Positions 26,749-34,865 of a DNA stretch of 64,000 nucleotides are shown in pieces. The notes below the pieces were generated by a model, which was given only the letters and a program-made list of their open reading frames with translations, had not been told where the DNA came from and did no database searches. Within the stretch, counting starts at the first letter, position 1. The number at the start of each line of letters is the position of its first letter. The translations under genes were made by a program, and so were the position numbers. This DNA comes from Acidimicrobiia bacterium (GTDB lineage: Bacteria > Actinomycetota > Acidimicrobiia > Spongiisociales > ZC4RG35), in NCBI GenBank assembly GCA_040905905.1, contig JBBDQN010000057.1, positions 165 to 64,164 on the forward strand. The letters are read 5' to 3'.

Positions 26749-27773
26749 CGGTGACCGACCAGCAGCTTTGGACCAGGCGCATCCTGGTGGTCGACGACCA
26801 TCAGGAGAACGTGTTGCTGTTGAGGGGCCTGCTCGCCGCGGGTGGCTATGTCAATGTCAGGGACACTCGCGATTCCAGACAGGTCATGTCGATCGTCGAC
26901 GCTTGGAACCCGGATCTGATCCTCCTCGATCTTCACATGCCTCACATCGACGGTCACACCTTGTTGACTCAGCTTGGCACGAGACGGTCTGATAGCTTCT
27001 TGCCCGTCCTGGTCCTTACCGCCGACGACACCATCGAGGCCAAACGCCGGGCGCTCGACGCCGGGGCGTCCGACTTTCTCCTCAAACCATTCGATCTGGT
27101 CGAGGTGCGGTTGCGGGTTCGCAACCTGCTCTTCACTCGATGTCTCCATCAGCAATTACTCGAGGGGCAGGCGCTTCTGGAGAATCGGGTTGAGGAGCGC
27201 ACTGCTGAACTGGCAGCCTCGCAACGGGAGATGATCGATCGCCTGGCATTGGCGGCCGAGTACCGCGACTATGCCACCGCCAAACACACCCAACGAGTCG
27301 GCATTCTCTCGGCCCGGATCGCGCTCGCATTGGGGTTGGACGACCGTGAGTTGGAGGTCATCCGGCTGGCGGCGCCCTTGCATGACATCGGCAAGATCGG
27401 TGTGCCTGACCACATCCTTCTGAAACCTGGACCCTTGACCGATCAGGAGTACGTCGAGGTCAAGAAACATGTGACCATCGGGGCGTCAATCCTCTCCGGT
27501 GGCACCACCGAGTTGCTCCACCGTGCCGAGCAGGTGGCCCTGACCCACCATGAACGCTGGGACGGCACCGGCTACCTGGGACTGGTCGGAGAGGACATTC
27601 CGTTATCCGCTCGGATAGTTTCCGTGGCCGACGTTTACGACGCGTTGATCTCGGTTCGTCCGTACAAGGATGCCTGGCCTCACGATGAGGCTGTTGGGGA
27701 GATCACCCGTCTGGCTGGTCTGCATTTTGACCCGAAGGTTGTTGAGGCCTTCTTGCAGACTTTCGAAGACTGA
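26745..27773 (+). CDS. Response regulator with an HD-GYP domain (probable c-di-GMP phosphodiesterase, RpfG-like).
   Basis: REC (ILVVDDHQ...LLDLHMPHIDG...LKP), then HD (PLHDIGKIGVPD) and HHERWDGTGYLGL, a GYP-motif variant. The start overlaps the kinase stop by 4 nt. Confidence 0.85.
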   Translation: MTVTDQQLWTRRILVVDDHQENVLLLRGLLAAGGYVNVRDTRDSRQVMSIVDAWNPDLILLDLHMPHIDGHTLLTQLGTRRSDSFLPVLVLTADDTIEAKRRALDAGASDFLLKPFDLVEVRLRVRNLLFTRCLHQQLLEGQALLENRVEERTAELAASQREMIDRLALAAEYRDYATAKHTQRVGILSARIALALGLDDRELEVIRLAAPLHDIGKIGVPDHILLKPGPLTDQEYVEVKKHVTIGASILSGGTTELLHRAEQVALTHHERWDGTGYLGLVGEDIPLSARIVSVADVYDALISVRPYKDAWPHDEAVGEITRLAGLHFDPKVVEAFLQTFED

Positions 27774-27857
27774 TCCGGTCTGCGACCACGGCTGCCATAG
27801 CGGCAGGGGGCTGCGTGCAGCATCCCTTCGTAAGATATCCAAGCACGGAGAGAGAGA

Positions 27858-28334
27858 ATGAGGACTGCACTCTGGGGGCTGGCCTTCCTGGTGATTGGTG
27901 TGGCGGCGAGTTTCGCCATCGGCCAACAGGAGGCGACCTCGGCCGATCCCTGTCGGTACGGAGCGGTAAGTTCAGCCTTGCTACCTCCCGAAATGACTCC
28001 GGAGCTTGAAGTGATCTCAACCGAGTCCAAAGAGGAACTGCTTAACACCCTCGCCAGCTTTTACACCAGCGGGCCAGCACCTGATGGAACTTTGGCAGGA
28101 GTAACAGCCGCCCTGAGTCGAATACCAAACAACACCGATCGTTTCGCTCAGGCCCAGGTGAACATACCCGAGGGCACCGTCGCCTTCATCGACAATGCTG
28201 GAAATGAACTAGCCAAAGTGACGATCATCGAGTTCAAAGGCCGCTGGCTGCCCATACATTCGGACGTGTGCGAAGCCACGCCTGGTGCCTCAAGGTTCGA
28301 GCTTCTTGGTTTGTACGTAGAGGACAATTCATGA
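27858..28334 (+). CDS. Small secreted hypothetical protein (signal peptide, 2 Cys) in a lower-GC segment.
   Basis: MRTALWGLAFLVIGVAASFAIGQQ is a signal peptide. There are many A/T-ending codons, and local GC drops to about 50% towards the 3' end. No recognisable domain. Confidence 0.45.
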   Translation: MRTALWGLAFLVIGVAASFAIGQQEATSADPCRYGAVSSALLPPEMTPELEVISTESKEELLNTLASFYTSGPAPDGTLAGVTAALSRIPNNTDRFAQAQVNIPEGTVAFIDNAGNELAKVTIIEFKGRWLPIHSDVCEATPGASRFELLGLYVEDNS

Positions 28335-28453
28335 GGCGTGTCCGAATAATCTGTACTTCTATTCGCATTTGTTCTTATGCGGAGAGCGGCCTCGACTTGG
28401 CGGGTCTTGGTTAAGGGTCCGCTATAAACATCGAAGACTTCGTCTCTTCTCGA

Positions 28454-28529
28454 GGGCCGGTAGCTCAATGGTCAGAGCAGCGGACTCATAATCCGTTGGT
28501 TGCAGGTTCGAGCCCTGCCCGGCCCACCA
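28454..28529 (+). tRNA. tRNA with anticodon CAT (elongator tRNA-Met, or a tRNA-Ile2 that would be lysidine-modified). CCA is encoded.
   Basis: Cloverleaf folded by hand. Acceptor GGGCCGG/CCGGCCC, D-stem GCTC/GAGC, anticodon stem GCGGA/TCCGT with loop CTCATAA, and T-arm GCAGG-TTCGAGC-CCTGC. G1-C72 is paired, so it is not an initiator. Confidence 0.9.
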
Positions 28530-29143
28530 TGACCACAGTGAGTGCAATTGAGGCCCGCATCCTCGGGGTGCTAGTGGAGAAACAGATGACCACTCCCGAC
28601 ATCTATCCGCTCACACTGGCCGGCGTGGTGGCGGGAAGCAACCAATCCACCAACCGTGACCCTGTGATGTCAGTGAGTGAAAGGGAGGCCGAGGCCGCCT
28701 TGACTCGGCTCCATGAGATCGGATTGGCGACACCGGTTCGAAGGCCTGCCGACCGGGCCCTCAAGTATCGGCACAAGCTCACCGAAGCGCTGGAGCTCGA
28801 TCAGCCCACGCTGGCGGTGTTGGCTGTGCTTCTGCTCCGTGGACCGCAAACGGTTGGTGAACTGCGCCAACGCACCGAGCGCTACGTGACGTTCGACACC
28901 ATCGAAGACGTCGAGCGGATCGTCGACCGCCTCGAAGAGTTAGATCTGGCCAGGCGTCTAGCCCGGCAGCCGGGTCAGAGCCAGCGGCGCGTCAAGGAAC
29001 TCATGTCGGATGGCGGCACAGATGTCGACCAAGCACACACGCCAACAGTTGACGTGGGGACCAATGAGCTTGAAATACGTGTTGCCGCGCTGGAAAAGCG
29101 CTTCGACGAACTCTTACGCAGACTTGGTGTGGACGACTTATGA
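28529..29143 (+). CDS. YceH/DUF480 (UPF0502) family protein.
   Basis: MTTVSAIEARILGVLVEKQMTTPDIYPLTLAGVVAGSNQSTNRDPVMSVSEREAEAAL aligns closely with the E. coli YceH N-terminus. The homologous start ATG at 28529 shares its A with the tRNA 3'-terminal CCA. The track's TTG at 28496 would lie inside the tRNA. Confidence 0.8.
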   Translation: MTTVSAIEARILGVLVEKQMTTPDIYPLTLAGVVAGSNQSTNRDPVMSVSEREAEAALTRLHEIGLATPVRRPADRALKYRHKLTEALELDQPTLAVLAVLLLRGPQTVGELRQRTERYVTFDTIEDVERIVDRLEELDLARRLARQPGQSQRRVKELMSDGGTDVDQAHTPTVDVGTNELEIRVAALEKRFDELLRRLGVDDL

Positions 29144-30244
29144 CGCTGGCGGTCCGTGGTTGTGTTGTCTTATGAGTCGTCGGCGTTGGGGTGGACTGTC
29201 GGGGTCGATCCGATAGCCGAGCCCGTGGATAGCGACATGATGATGAAACCAACACAACAGAGCCAGGTTGGTGGGGTCGTGATCGCCGCCTTGTGACCAT
29301 TCCCTGATGTGGTGGGGTTGGAGCCGATAGCGGGATCGGCAGCCGTCGATGACACAGATCCCCTGGTCCCGGTTCCACACATGCGAACGGACCGCCGGGG
29401 GGATCGTCTCTGATAGGTCGGATACTCCGATTGGCCGGCTGTCGTCACCGGCGAAGATGATCCTGACCCTCCCGGTGCAGAGAATCTCGGAGAGGGTGTT
29501 GGGTCCAGCCCGCAGTCCTGACGACAACGTCACCCCGGCTTCCCCGAAGGTGGGGGCGGCCAGGTGGGCGTCGATGAAGATCTCGGCGACGGTCACTTCC
29601 CGACCCTCGGATCCTTCCGAGCCGCCGGTGAGAGAGTCGAGACAGACCGAGGTCAATGCATCCGCCAACCGTTGGTTCCGACTTTCACCTGGAAGAGGTG
29701 TGAACCCGTCGGCCTTCTGCAACAAGGCCTTCTCCACCAGTTGACCGTCCATACCGGCCAGCAACCCCCACAGCCGCCAGGCAGATTCGTCCAGGTTGGG
29801 CTGGATCACCAGGAAACGGTCAGCAACAGTTGCGACCTCATCGGTGGCGGCGATCCGCTTGCGGGCAGCCACGAGCCGTTCCAACCCCGCCAGATCAAAC
29901 CCCAAAGACGCAGCCATCTCGGAATCGGAAGCGCCCGCCAGGCGGAGACGGGCCATCAGCACCGCCCGCTCCAACCCGATCTCCCCGGAAGCCAACAGGC
30001 CCTCCACCTTGCGGTCTTCGGCTCGGGCAAGAAACACGAGGTCCCGGGCTATCGGATGCGACACATCGAGACGGGAAGCCACCCACTCCACCATGGTCCG
30101 GGACCCGTCAGCAGTAGCTACCTGGTCGAGATCCAACCTGCGGAGAAGCTCCAACTGACGGGCCCACACCTGTCCATGGACCCGGTGGGAGACCAACAGG
30201 TCCTGTTCCAAGGTATCGATTGTCCGGTTTCCCACTCCGTACAT
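29138..30244 (-). CDS. DUF222 + HNH endonuclease domain protein (REP13E12-like family).
   Basis: C-terminal HNH motif CVIDGCRSRYRLQPHHIREWSQGGDHDPTNLALLCWFHH. The N-terminal DUF222-like region is Ala/Leu-rich. Confidence 0.8.
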   Translation of the reverse strand: MYGVGNRTIDTLEQDLLVSHRVHGQVWARQLELLRRLDLDQVATADGSRTMVEWVASRLDVSHPIARDLVFLARAEDRKVEGLLASGEIGLERAVLMARLRLAGASDSEMAASLGFDLAGLERLVAARKRIAATDEVATVADRFLVIQPNLDESAWRLWGLLAGMDGQLVEKALLQKADGFTPLPGESRNQRLADALTSVCLDSLTGGSEGSEGREVTVAEIFIDAHLAAPTFGEAGVTLSSGLRAGPNTLSEILCTGRVRIIFAGDDSRPIGVSDLSETIPPAVRSHVWNRDQGICVIDGCRSRYRLQPHHIREWSQGGDHDPTNLALLCWFHHHVAIHGLGYRIDPDSPPQRRRLIRQHNHGPPAS

Positions 30245-30266
30245 ATGTTCGTTATACCAACCACCC

Positions 30267-30300
30267 CCGACAGTTAATAGACCCCTGTCGGATTTTTTCT
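30267..30300 (+). terminator. Intrinsic-terminator-like hairpin with a U-tract, only on the plus strand, in an intergenic region that has no upstream plus-strand gene.
   Basis: CCGACAG-ttaatagaccc-CTGTCGG followed by ATTTTTTCT. A T6 run is very unusual in this GC-rich DNA. Confidence 0.35.
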
Positions 30301-30482
30301 ATGGGGTGGGCGGTCGGGGTCGACTCCGCCTCTCCCTCCCGGAGCGGAGCGATGAAGTACGGCAAAGCCGGGAGGGGGTGGCGAACCCGTGGAGCCGTTC
30401 TCGGACAGCCGCCTTGCCCCCTCCGGCCCTTTGGGCCACCTCCCCCAAGGCTCACTCCGTTGGCTGGGGGAGGAAACAAGGT

Positions 30483-30983
30483 CTACGGCTCAACTACCTC
30501 GACATAGACGAACCCGGTGACACCGCCACGCGTTTCGTCGCTGATTCGATAAATGCCGGTCGGCACCGCGGGAATAGTGACCTCGTATTCGCTGGGGACC
30601 GGAAACCAAATGCCCACCACTGTGGTGACAGAGCCCGGCTTGATCCGATTTGGCTCCGTTTGCCCTCCGATGTCTCGAATTACCTGATAGGTCCCTACCC
30701 AACGGACGCCGTTCCAGCAGCCCCACCGTGCGCTCTGGCTAACTGCATCACCTTCGCGCATAGCGCCACCCACGTCGATCGACAACACTGCCCGTTCCCC
30801 AGACCGCAGGGGGTTGGGCTCCAATGAGATCATCACTTCGGAACGTTTCTCGAGTTCCTCAGGCGGAGGACCCCTGTTGCATTCGGGGGGGTGCAACTTG
30901 GTTTGGACGGTGCAGGCGACAATCAAAAGAGTCACGGCCACAACCACGATTGAGCGGAACTTCGTCACGTCAAACCGAACCAC
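30483..30983 (-). CDS. Hypothetical lipoprotein.
   Basis: Signal plus lipobox (VVVAVTLLIVAC). No recognisable domain. Slightly lower GC than the surrounding DNA. Confidence 0.45.
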   Translation of the reverse strand: MVRFDVTKFRSIVVVAVTLLIVACTVQTKLHPPECNRGPPPEELEKRSEVMISLEPNPLRSGERAVLSIDVGGAMREGDAVSQSARWGCWNGVRWVGTYQVIRDIGGQTEPNRIKPGSVTTVVGIWFPVPSEYEVTIPAVPTGIYRISDETRGGVTGFVYVEVVEP

Positions 30984-31468
30984 TCGCCCTTGCCAATCTC
31001 GGCCTCGAGAATCTCCCGATCCTCCCCGTCCTTGACAGTTGCCGCGATCCGTTGAGCTTTCTCCAAGTGTTCTCGACCTTTATCGATGTCTCCGTTGGCT
31101 GCCAGTGCCCGCGCCAAGGCTTCATGAGCAAAACCGAAGTCCCAATCCTCGACCTCCTCGGGGTTGGCGCCCGCCAGGTCCAAACACCGGCGAGCGTGGG
31201 TCAATGCCAACGCCACCTCGCCCACCCGGAGGGCGGTCCTCGAAATCAAGTGTTCGCCCCTCACTCGATTCGCTGCGGTCCCAATCTGTGTCCAGTGGTA
31301 AGCCGACGCAAAAGCTCCCACCAGTAGTTGTGTTCTCTCCTCGGCGGGACTGGTGGCGTTGGGCGAGCCGTCGTCAAGCTGGCGCCAGGTCTGATTGTTG
31401 AGTTCCACCCCAAACCATCGATGAAGGCCGGGAAGGTCATCGGGGTCGACTCTCACTGAATCTGCCAT
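30965..31468 (-). CDS. Hypothetical protein (helical, acidic), no recognised family.
   Basis: A 167-aa ORF with reasonable codon bias. It overlaps the downstream lipoprotein gene by 19 nt. Function unknown. Confidence 0.4.
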   Translation of the reverse strand: MADSVRVDPDDLPGLHRWFGVELNNQTWRQLDDGSPNATSPAEERTQLLVGAFASAYHWTQIGTAANRVRGEHLISRTALRVGEVALALTHARRCLDLAGANPEEVEDWDFGFAHEALARALAANGDIDKGREHLEKAQRIAATVKDGEDREILEAEIGKGEWFGLT

Positions 31469-31516
31469 GTGCCGAGTCTGCCACGTGCGATTCGCCGTTT
31501 AGCCTCGTTGCCTCTC

Positions 31517-33127
31517 ATGCCCGCTGACCTCATCATCGACGGTGGTCCCATCTTCAGCGGGAGCGGTCTCGAACCGGAAGCGGTTGCGATCAGGGCCGGG
31601 ATAATCGTTGCCGTCGGGAGTCTGCGAGACCTCAGAGCTGAACGCGGCCCACGCACGCAAACCCTCGACCTCAAAGGTCGAACACTGGCGCCCGGTTTCA
31701 TCGATGCTCACGTCCACCCCTTGACCGGTGGGCTGAAGCTCCTCAGGTGTTCCCTCTACAACGCCGGCAGCGCCCAAGGATCCCTCAATGCTGTCGCCGA
31801 CTACGCAGGAGCTCATCCCGATCGTCCCTGGATATGGGGTGGTGGGTGGTCGCTCAGTTGGTTCCCCCGCGGAACCCCCGACGCTGCCAGTCTCGATCGG
31901 GTAACCGGCAACCGTCCAGCGCTGCTCTACAACTCCGATGGTCACGGCGCCTGGGTCAATAGTGCCGCCCTGCGGTTGGCGGGGATCGATGCGTCCACCG
32001 CCGATCCTCCCGACGGCCGAATCGAACGGCTGCCCGATGGCTCGCCCCAGGGCACCCTCCATGAGGGGGCGATGTCACTGGTCGAGCGCCTGCTTCCGGT
32101 CGTGACGGCCGCCGAGTGGGAGGAGGCCTTGTTGGAGGGTCAGCGTTATCTCTTGTCGTGTGGCCTCACCGGTTGGCAGGATGCCGATGTAGCCCCACAG
32201 CAGCATGCCGCCTATCTGGCCGTGGCCGGGCGTGGACAATTGCGAGCGAGTGTCGTTGGAGCGTCATGGTGGGAGCGCGGGCAGGGACTAGAGCAGATTG
32301 AAAATCTCATCGCTCGGCGGGCCGAGATGGCACCCCGATACCGGGCCACTGCGGTGAAGTTGATGCTCGATGGCATCGCTGAGAACTACACCGCAGCCAT
32401 GTTTGGAAGCTATCTCGACGAACAAGGCCAAGCGACCTCGAATTCAGGGATTGAATTCCTAACGCGAGAAGACCTGCGACAAATCGTCCCGGTCCTCGAC
32501 CGCTTGGGATTCCATTGCCACTTCCACGCCATCGGCGACAGAGCCGTCCGCAACGCTCTCGACGCCATCGAAGCGACCCGCAATGCCCAATCCACCGGTC
32601 ACGGACGTCATCACATCGCTCACATCCAGGTGGTGAATCCCACCGATCGGGGGCGCTTCGCTGCCCTTGACGTGACCGCCAATGCCCAGCCGCTTTGGGC
32701 TGCACACGAGCCCCAGATGGACGAACTCACCCTGCCCTTCTTGCCGCCGGGGGCGGCGATCAATCAATACCCCTTTGCCTCGCTGCTAAAAGCAGGCGCC
32801 CGGCTCGCGATGGGTTCTGATTGGTCTGTGTCGACCGCCGATGTGATGCGCCAGATTCAGGTGGCGGTGACTCGCCGTCCGATCGATGATCGCCTGGCAC
32901 CGCCCTTCCTTCCCGACGAAGCCTTGTCGGTGGACCAGGCTCTCAAGGCGTTTACCGCTGGTTCTGCCTGGGTCAATGGCGTGGAGAACTCGGCCGGGGT
33001 CATTGCGGTCGGAAACCGCGCCGATCTCGTCATCCTCGAGGCCGATCCTCGCACTGAAACGCCGATCGGCGACATCCGGGTCGACGAGACGATTGCGGCA
33101 GGCTCGGTTGTCTATTCGCGCGGCTGA
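31517..33127 (+). CDS. Amidohydrolase-3 family metal-dependent hydrolase (YtcJ-like).
   Basis: ADLIIDGGPIF...GRTLAPGFIDAHVHP (HxH metal site) and HCHFHAIGDRAV. I trimmed the start to the ATG at 31517 to leave a divergent promoter gap. Confidence 0.8.
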   Translation: MPADLIIDGGPIFSGSGLEPEAVAIRAGIIVAVGSLRDLRAERGPRTQTLDLKGRTLAPGFIDAHVHPLTGGLKLLRCSLYNAGSAQGSLNAVADYAGAHPDRPWIWGGGWSLSWFPRGTPDAASLDRVTGNRPALLYNSDGHGAWVNSAALRLAGIDASTADPPDGRIERLPDGSPQGTLHEGAMSLVERLLPVVTAAEWEEALLEGQRYLLSCGLTGWQDADVAPQQHAAYLAVAGRGQLRASVVGASWWERGQGLEQIENLIARRAEMAPRYRATAVKLMLDGIAENYTAAMFGSYLDEQGQATSNSGIEFLTREDLRQIVPVLDRLGFHCHFHAIGDRAVRNALDAIEATRNAQSTGHGRHHIAHIQVVNPTDRGRFAALDVTANAQPLWAAHEPQMDELTLPFLPPGAAINQYPFASLLKAGARLAMGSDWSVSTADVMRQIQVAVTRRPIDDRLAPPFLPDEALSVDQALKAFTAGSAWVNGVENSAGVIAVGNRADLVILEADPRTETPIGDIRVDETIAAGSVVYSRG

Positions 33128-33131
33128 CCTG

Positions 33132-33887
33132 TCACCGCTCACGAAGCAGCTTTTCAGCCAGAAGCCGGATAAGGAAGCTGTCGTCGTCTGCCGGCGGATC
33201 GGGGGCGGCAACCTTGGCTCGCAAGGGGCCGGCCATATTTGCGGCCAGTTGGGCACGGCTGACCTGGTTGAGGGTCTGTCGTCGCTCGGCAAATTGACGG
33301 ATCAATCCCACTTCTTCTTCCGACACCGCTGAGGTGTCCCAGGCCGGCAGACCCGCTAGGTCGATCGCGCCCACCAGACTGGATGGCGCCACCGCCACCT
33401 TGCGATCGCGGATCACCACCGTGCCGGCGGCGAGGTCGCCTATACGTTGATTACGGCTGCTGGTGACGATGGCGATGATGCCGACGGCGTAGAAGCCGGG
33501 CAGTGAGTCGACTAGTCGAACGAGGTTGCGGATCGCTACCGCGCCAAATCCGAGGGGCGCCCCATCCATCTTGATCACCCTGATCCCGAAGGCTGCTTTC
33601 CCGGGAGTGCGACCGCCGTTGAGGGTCTCGAACAACAGGAAGTAACCAACGGTCAGAACCAGGGAGCCCAACGCAGCCAACCCGAGGACCACCAAATAGA
33701 AATCGAAGGAGGACTCCTCGGCGAAGGCGCCCAGCATGGTTGCCCCGATCAGGACAACGACCAACGCTGCGCCGATGATGAGAGAGTCGACGAAACTGGC
33801 GCCGGCCCGCGACCCGAGTCCCGCTAGCGTCACTTCGAGATCGACCCCTTCCGGGGTTTCGATTCGTAAGCGGTCCTCGATTTCCAC
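33132..33887 (-). CDS. RDD-family membrane protein.
   Basis: ETPEGVDLEVTLAGLGSRAGASFVDSLI, TM helices, and a GRTPGKAAFGIRV...RIGDLAAGTVV RDD-type core. Confidence 0.7.
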   Translation of the reverse strand: MEIEDRLRIETPEGVDLEVTLAGLGSRAGASFVDSLIIGAALVVVLIGATMLGAFAEESSFDFYLVVLGLAALGSLVLTVGYFLLFETLNGGRTPGKAAFGIRVIKMDGAPLGFGAVAIRNLVRLVDSLPGFYAVGIIAIVTSSRNQRIGDLAAGTVVIRDRKVAVAPSSLVGAIDLAGLPAWDTSAVSEEEVGLIRQFAERRQTLNQVSRAQLAANMAGPLRAKVAAPDPPADDDSFLIRLLAEKLLRER

Positions 33888-33890
33888 ACC

Positions 33891-34865
33891 TTGAAACTAC
33901 CGGCATTCCTCGACGAGCGGCGCCCCGACTGGCAGCGCCTTGAGCTTCTGCTCAAGTCCGCGGGTCGTCGGCCGGAGAGACTTCCCCCGGGGGATTTGCG
34001 TGAGCTTGCCATGCTCTATCGGGCGGCGGCCGCCGACCTCGCCACTGCTCGGCGCCGGTTTCCGACCGACCCGGTTGTGCGCCAACTCGAACTCCTGGTG
34101 GGTCGGGGAAGGGCGGTTGTCTACGAACGGGCCGCACGCCGCGCCAACTTGATTGATCTCTTCGCCGATCGATACTGGCTCCTGCTCGCAGAACGCGCTG
34201 GACCGCTGGGTCTCGCCGCAGCCGTCCTTTTGGTACCCGCTGTCCTGGCGGGGCTGTGGGCGTCCGCCGATCCGGAGACGATGGCGGGTTTGATGCCGAC
34301 CGAGTTCCTGTGGGTGACCGAGGCCCAAACTACCGACCAGGGTTTGGGGCCGGTGGGCCTCGCCGGATTTTCGACATATGTCTTCGTCAACAACATCCGG
34401 ATAACCCTCATCGCTTTTGTTCTCGGTGTAACGGCCGGGCTTGGCACCGCCTGGTTGGTCGGGTACAACGGTTTGATCCTGGGCGGGCTCACCGGATTGG
34501 CTATCTCGACCGGTAACGGAGGGCTGCTAGCCGCAGCGGTTCTCGCTCACGGCATCCTCGAGCTGACCTGCATCGTCGTGGGGGCCGGGGCCGGATTCTC
34601 TCTCGCCCGGGCGATGCTGCGACCGGGGCTGGCTACTCGCCGCTCGGCTATCCGAACCGAGGCGTTGCCTGCTCTCGCCATTGCTGGCGCCACCCTTCCC
34701 TGGTTGGTGCTGGCAGGGCTGGTCGAGGGGTTCGTCAGTCGTGTGGGGCTGGGGGCCGTCCCAACAGCAGTCGTGGGTTTGACTCTGGGTGCCGTGTTCT
34801 GGGGGCTCTTCTATTGGCGGGGCTGGCTGCCTCAAAGAAGGGCGCGTCGTTTGGCCGCCAGGTAG
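33891..34865 (+). CDS. SpoIIM-like (stage II sporulation protein M family, DUF95) polytopic membrane protein.
   Basis: N-terminus MKLPAFLDERRPDWQRLELLL, then about 6 TM segments containing the NN(I/L)R(I/V) motif FVNNIRITLIAF. It is divergent from the RDD gene, with only a 3-bp gap. Confidence 0.65.
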   Translation: MKLPAFLDERRPDWQRLELLLKSAGRRPERLPPGDLRELAMLYRAAAADLATARRRFPTDPVVRQLELLVGRGRAVVYERAARRANLIDLFADRYWLLLAERAGPLGLAAAVLLVPAVLAGLWASADPETMAGLMPTEFLWVTEAQTTDQGLGPVGLAGFSTYVFVNNIRITLIAFVLGVTAGLGTAWLVGYNGLILGGLTGLAISTGNGGLLAAAVLAHGILELTCIVVGAGAGFSLARAMLRPGLATRRSAIRTEALPALAIAGATLPWLVLAGLVEGFVSRVGLGAVPTAVVGLTLGAVFWGLFYWRGWLPQRRARRLAAR

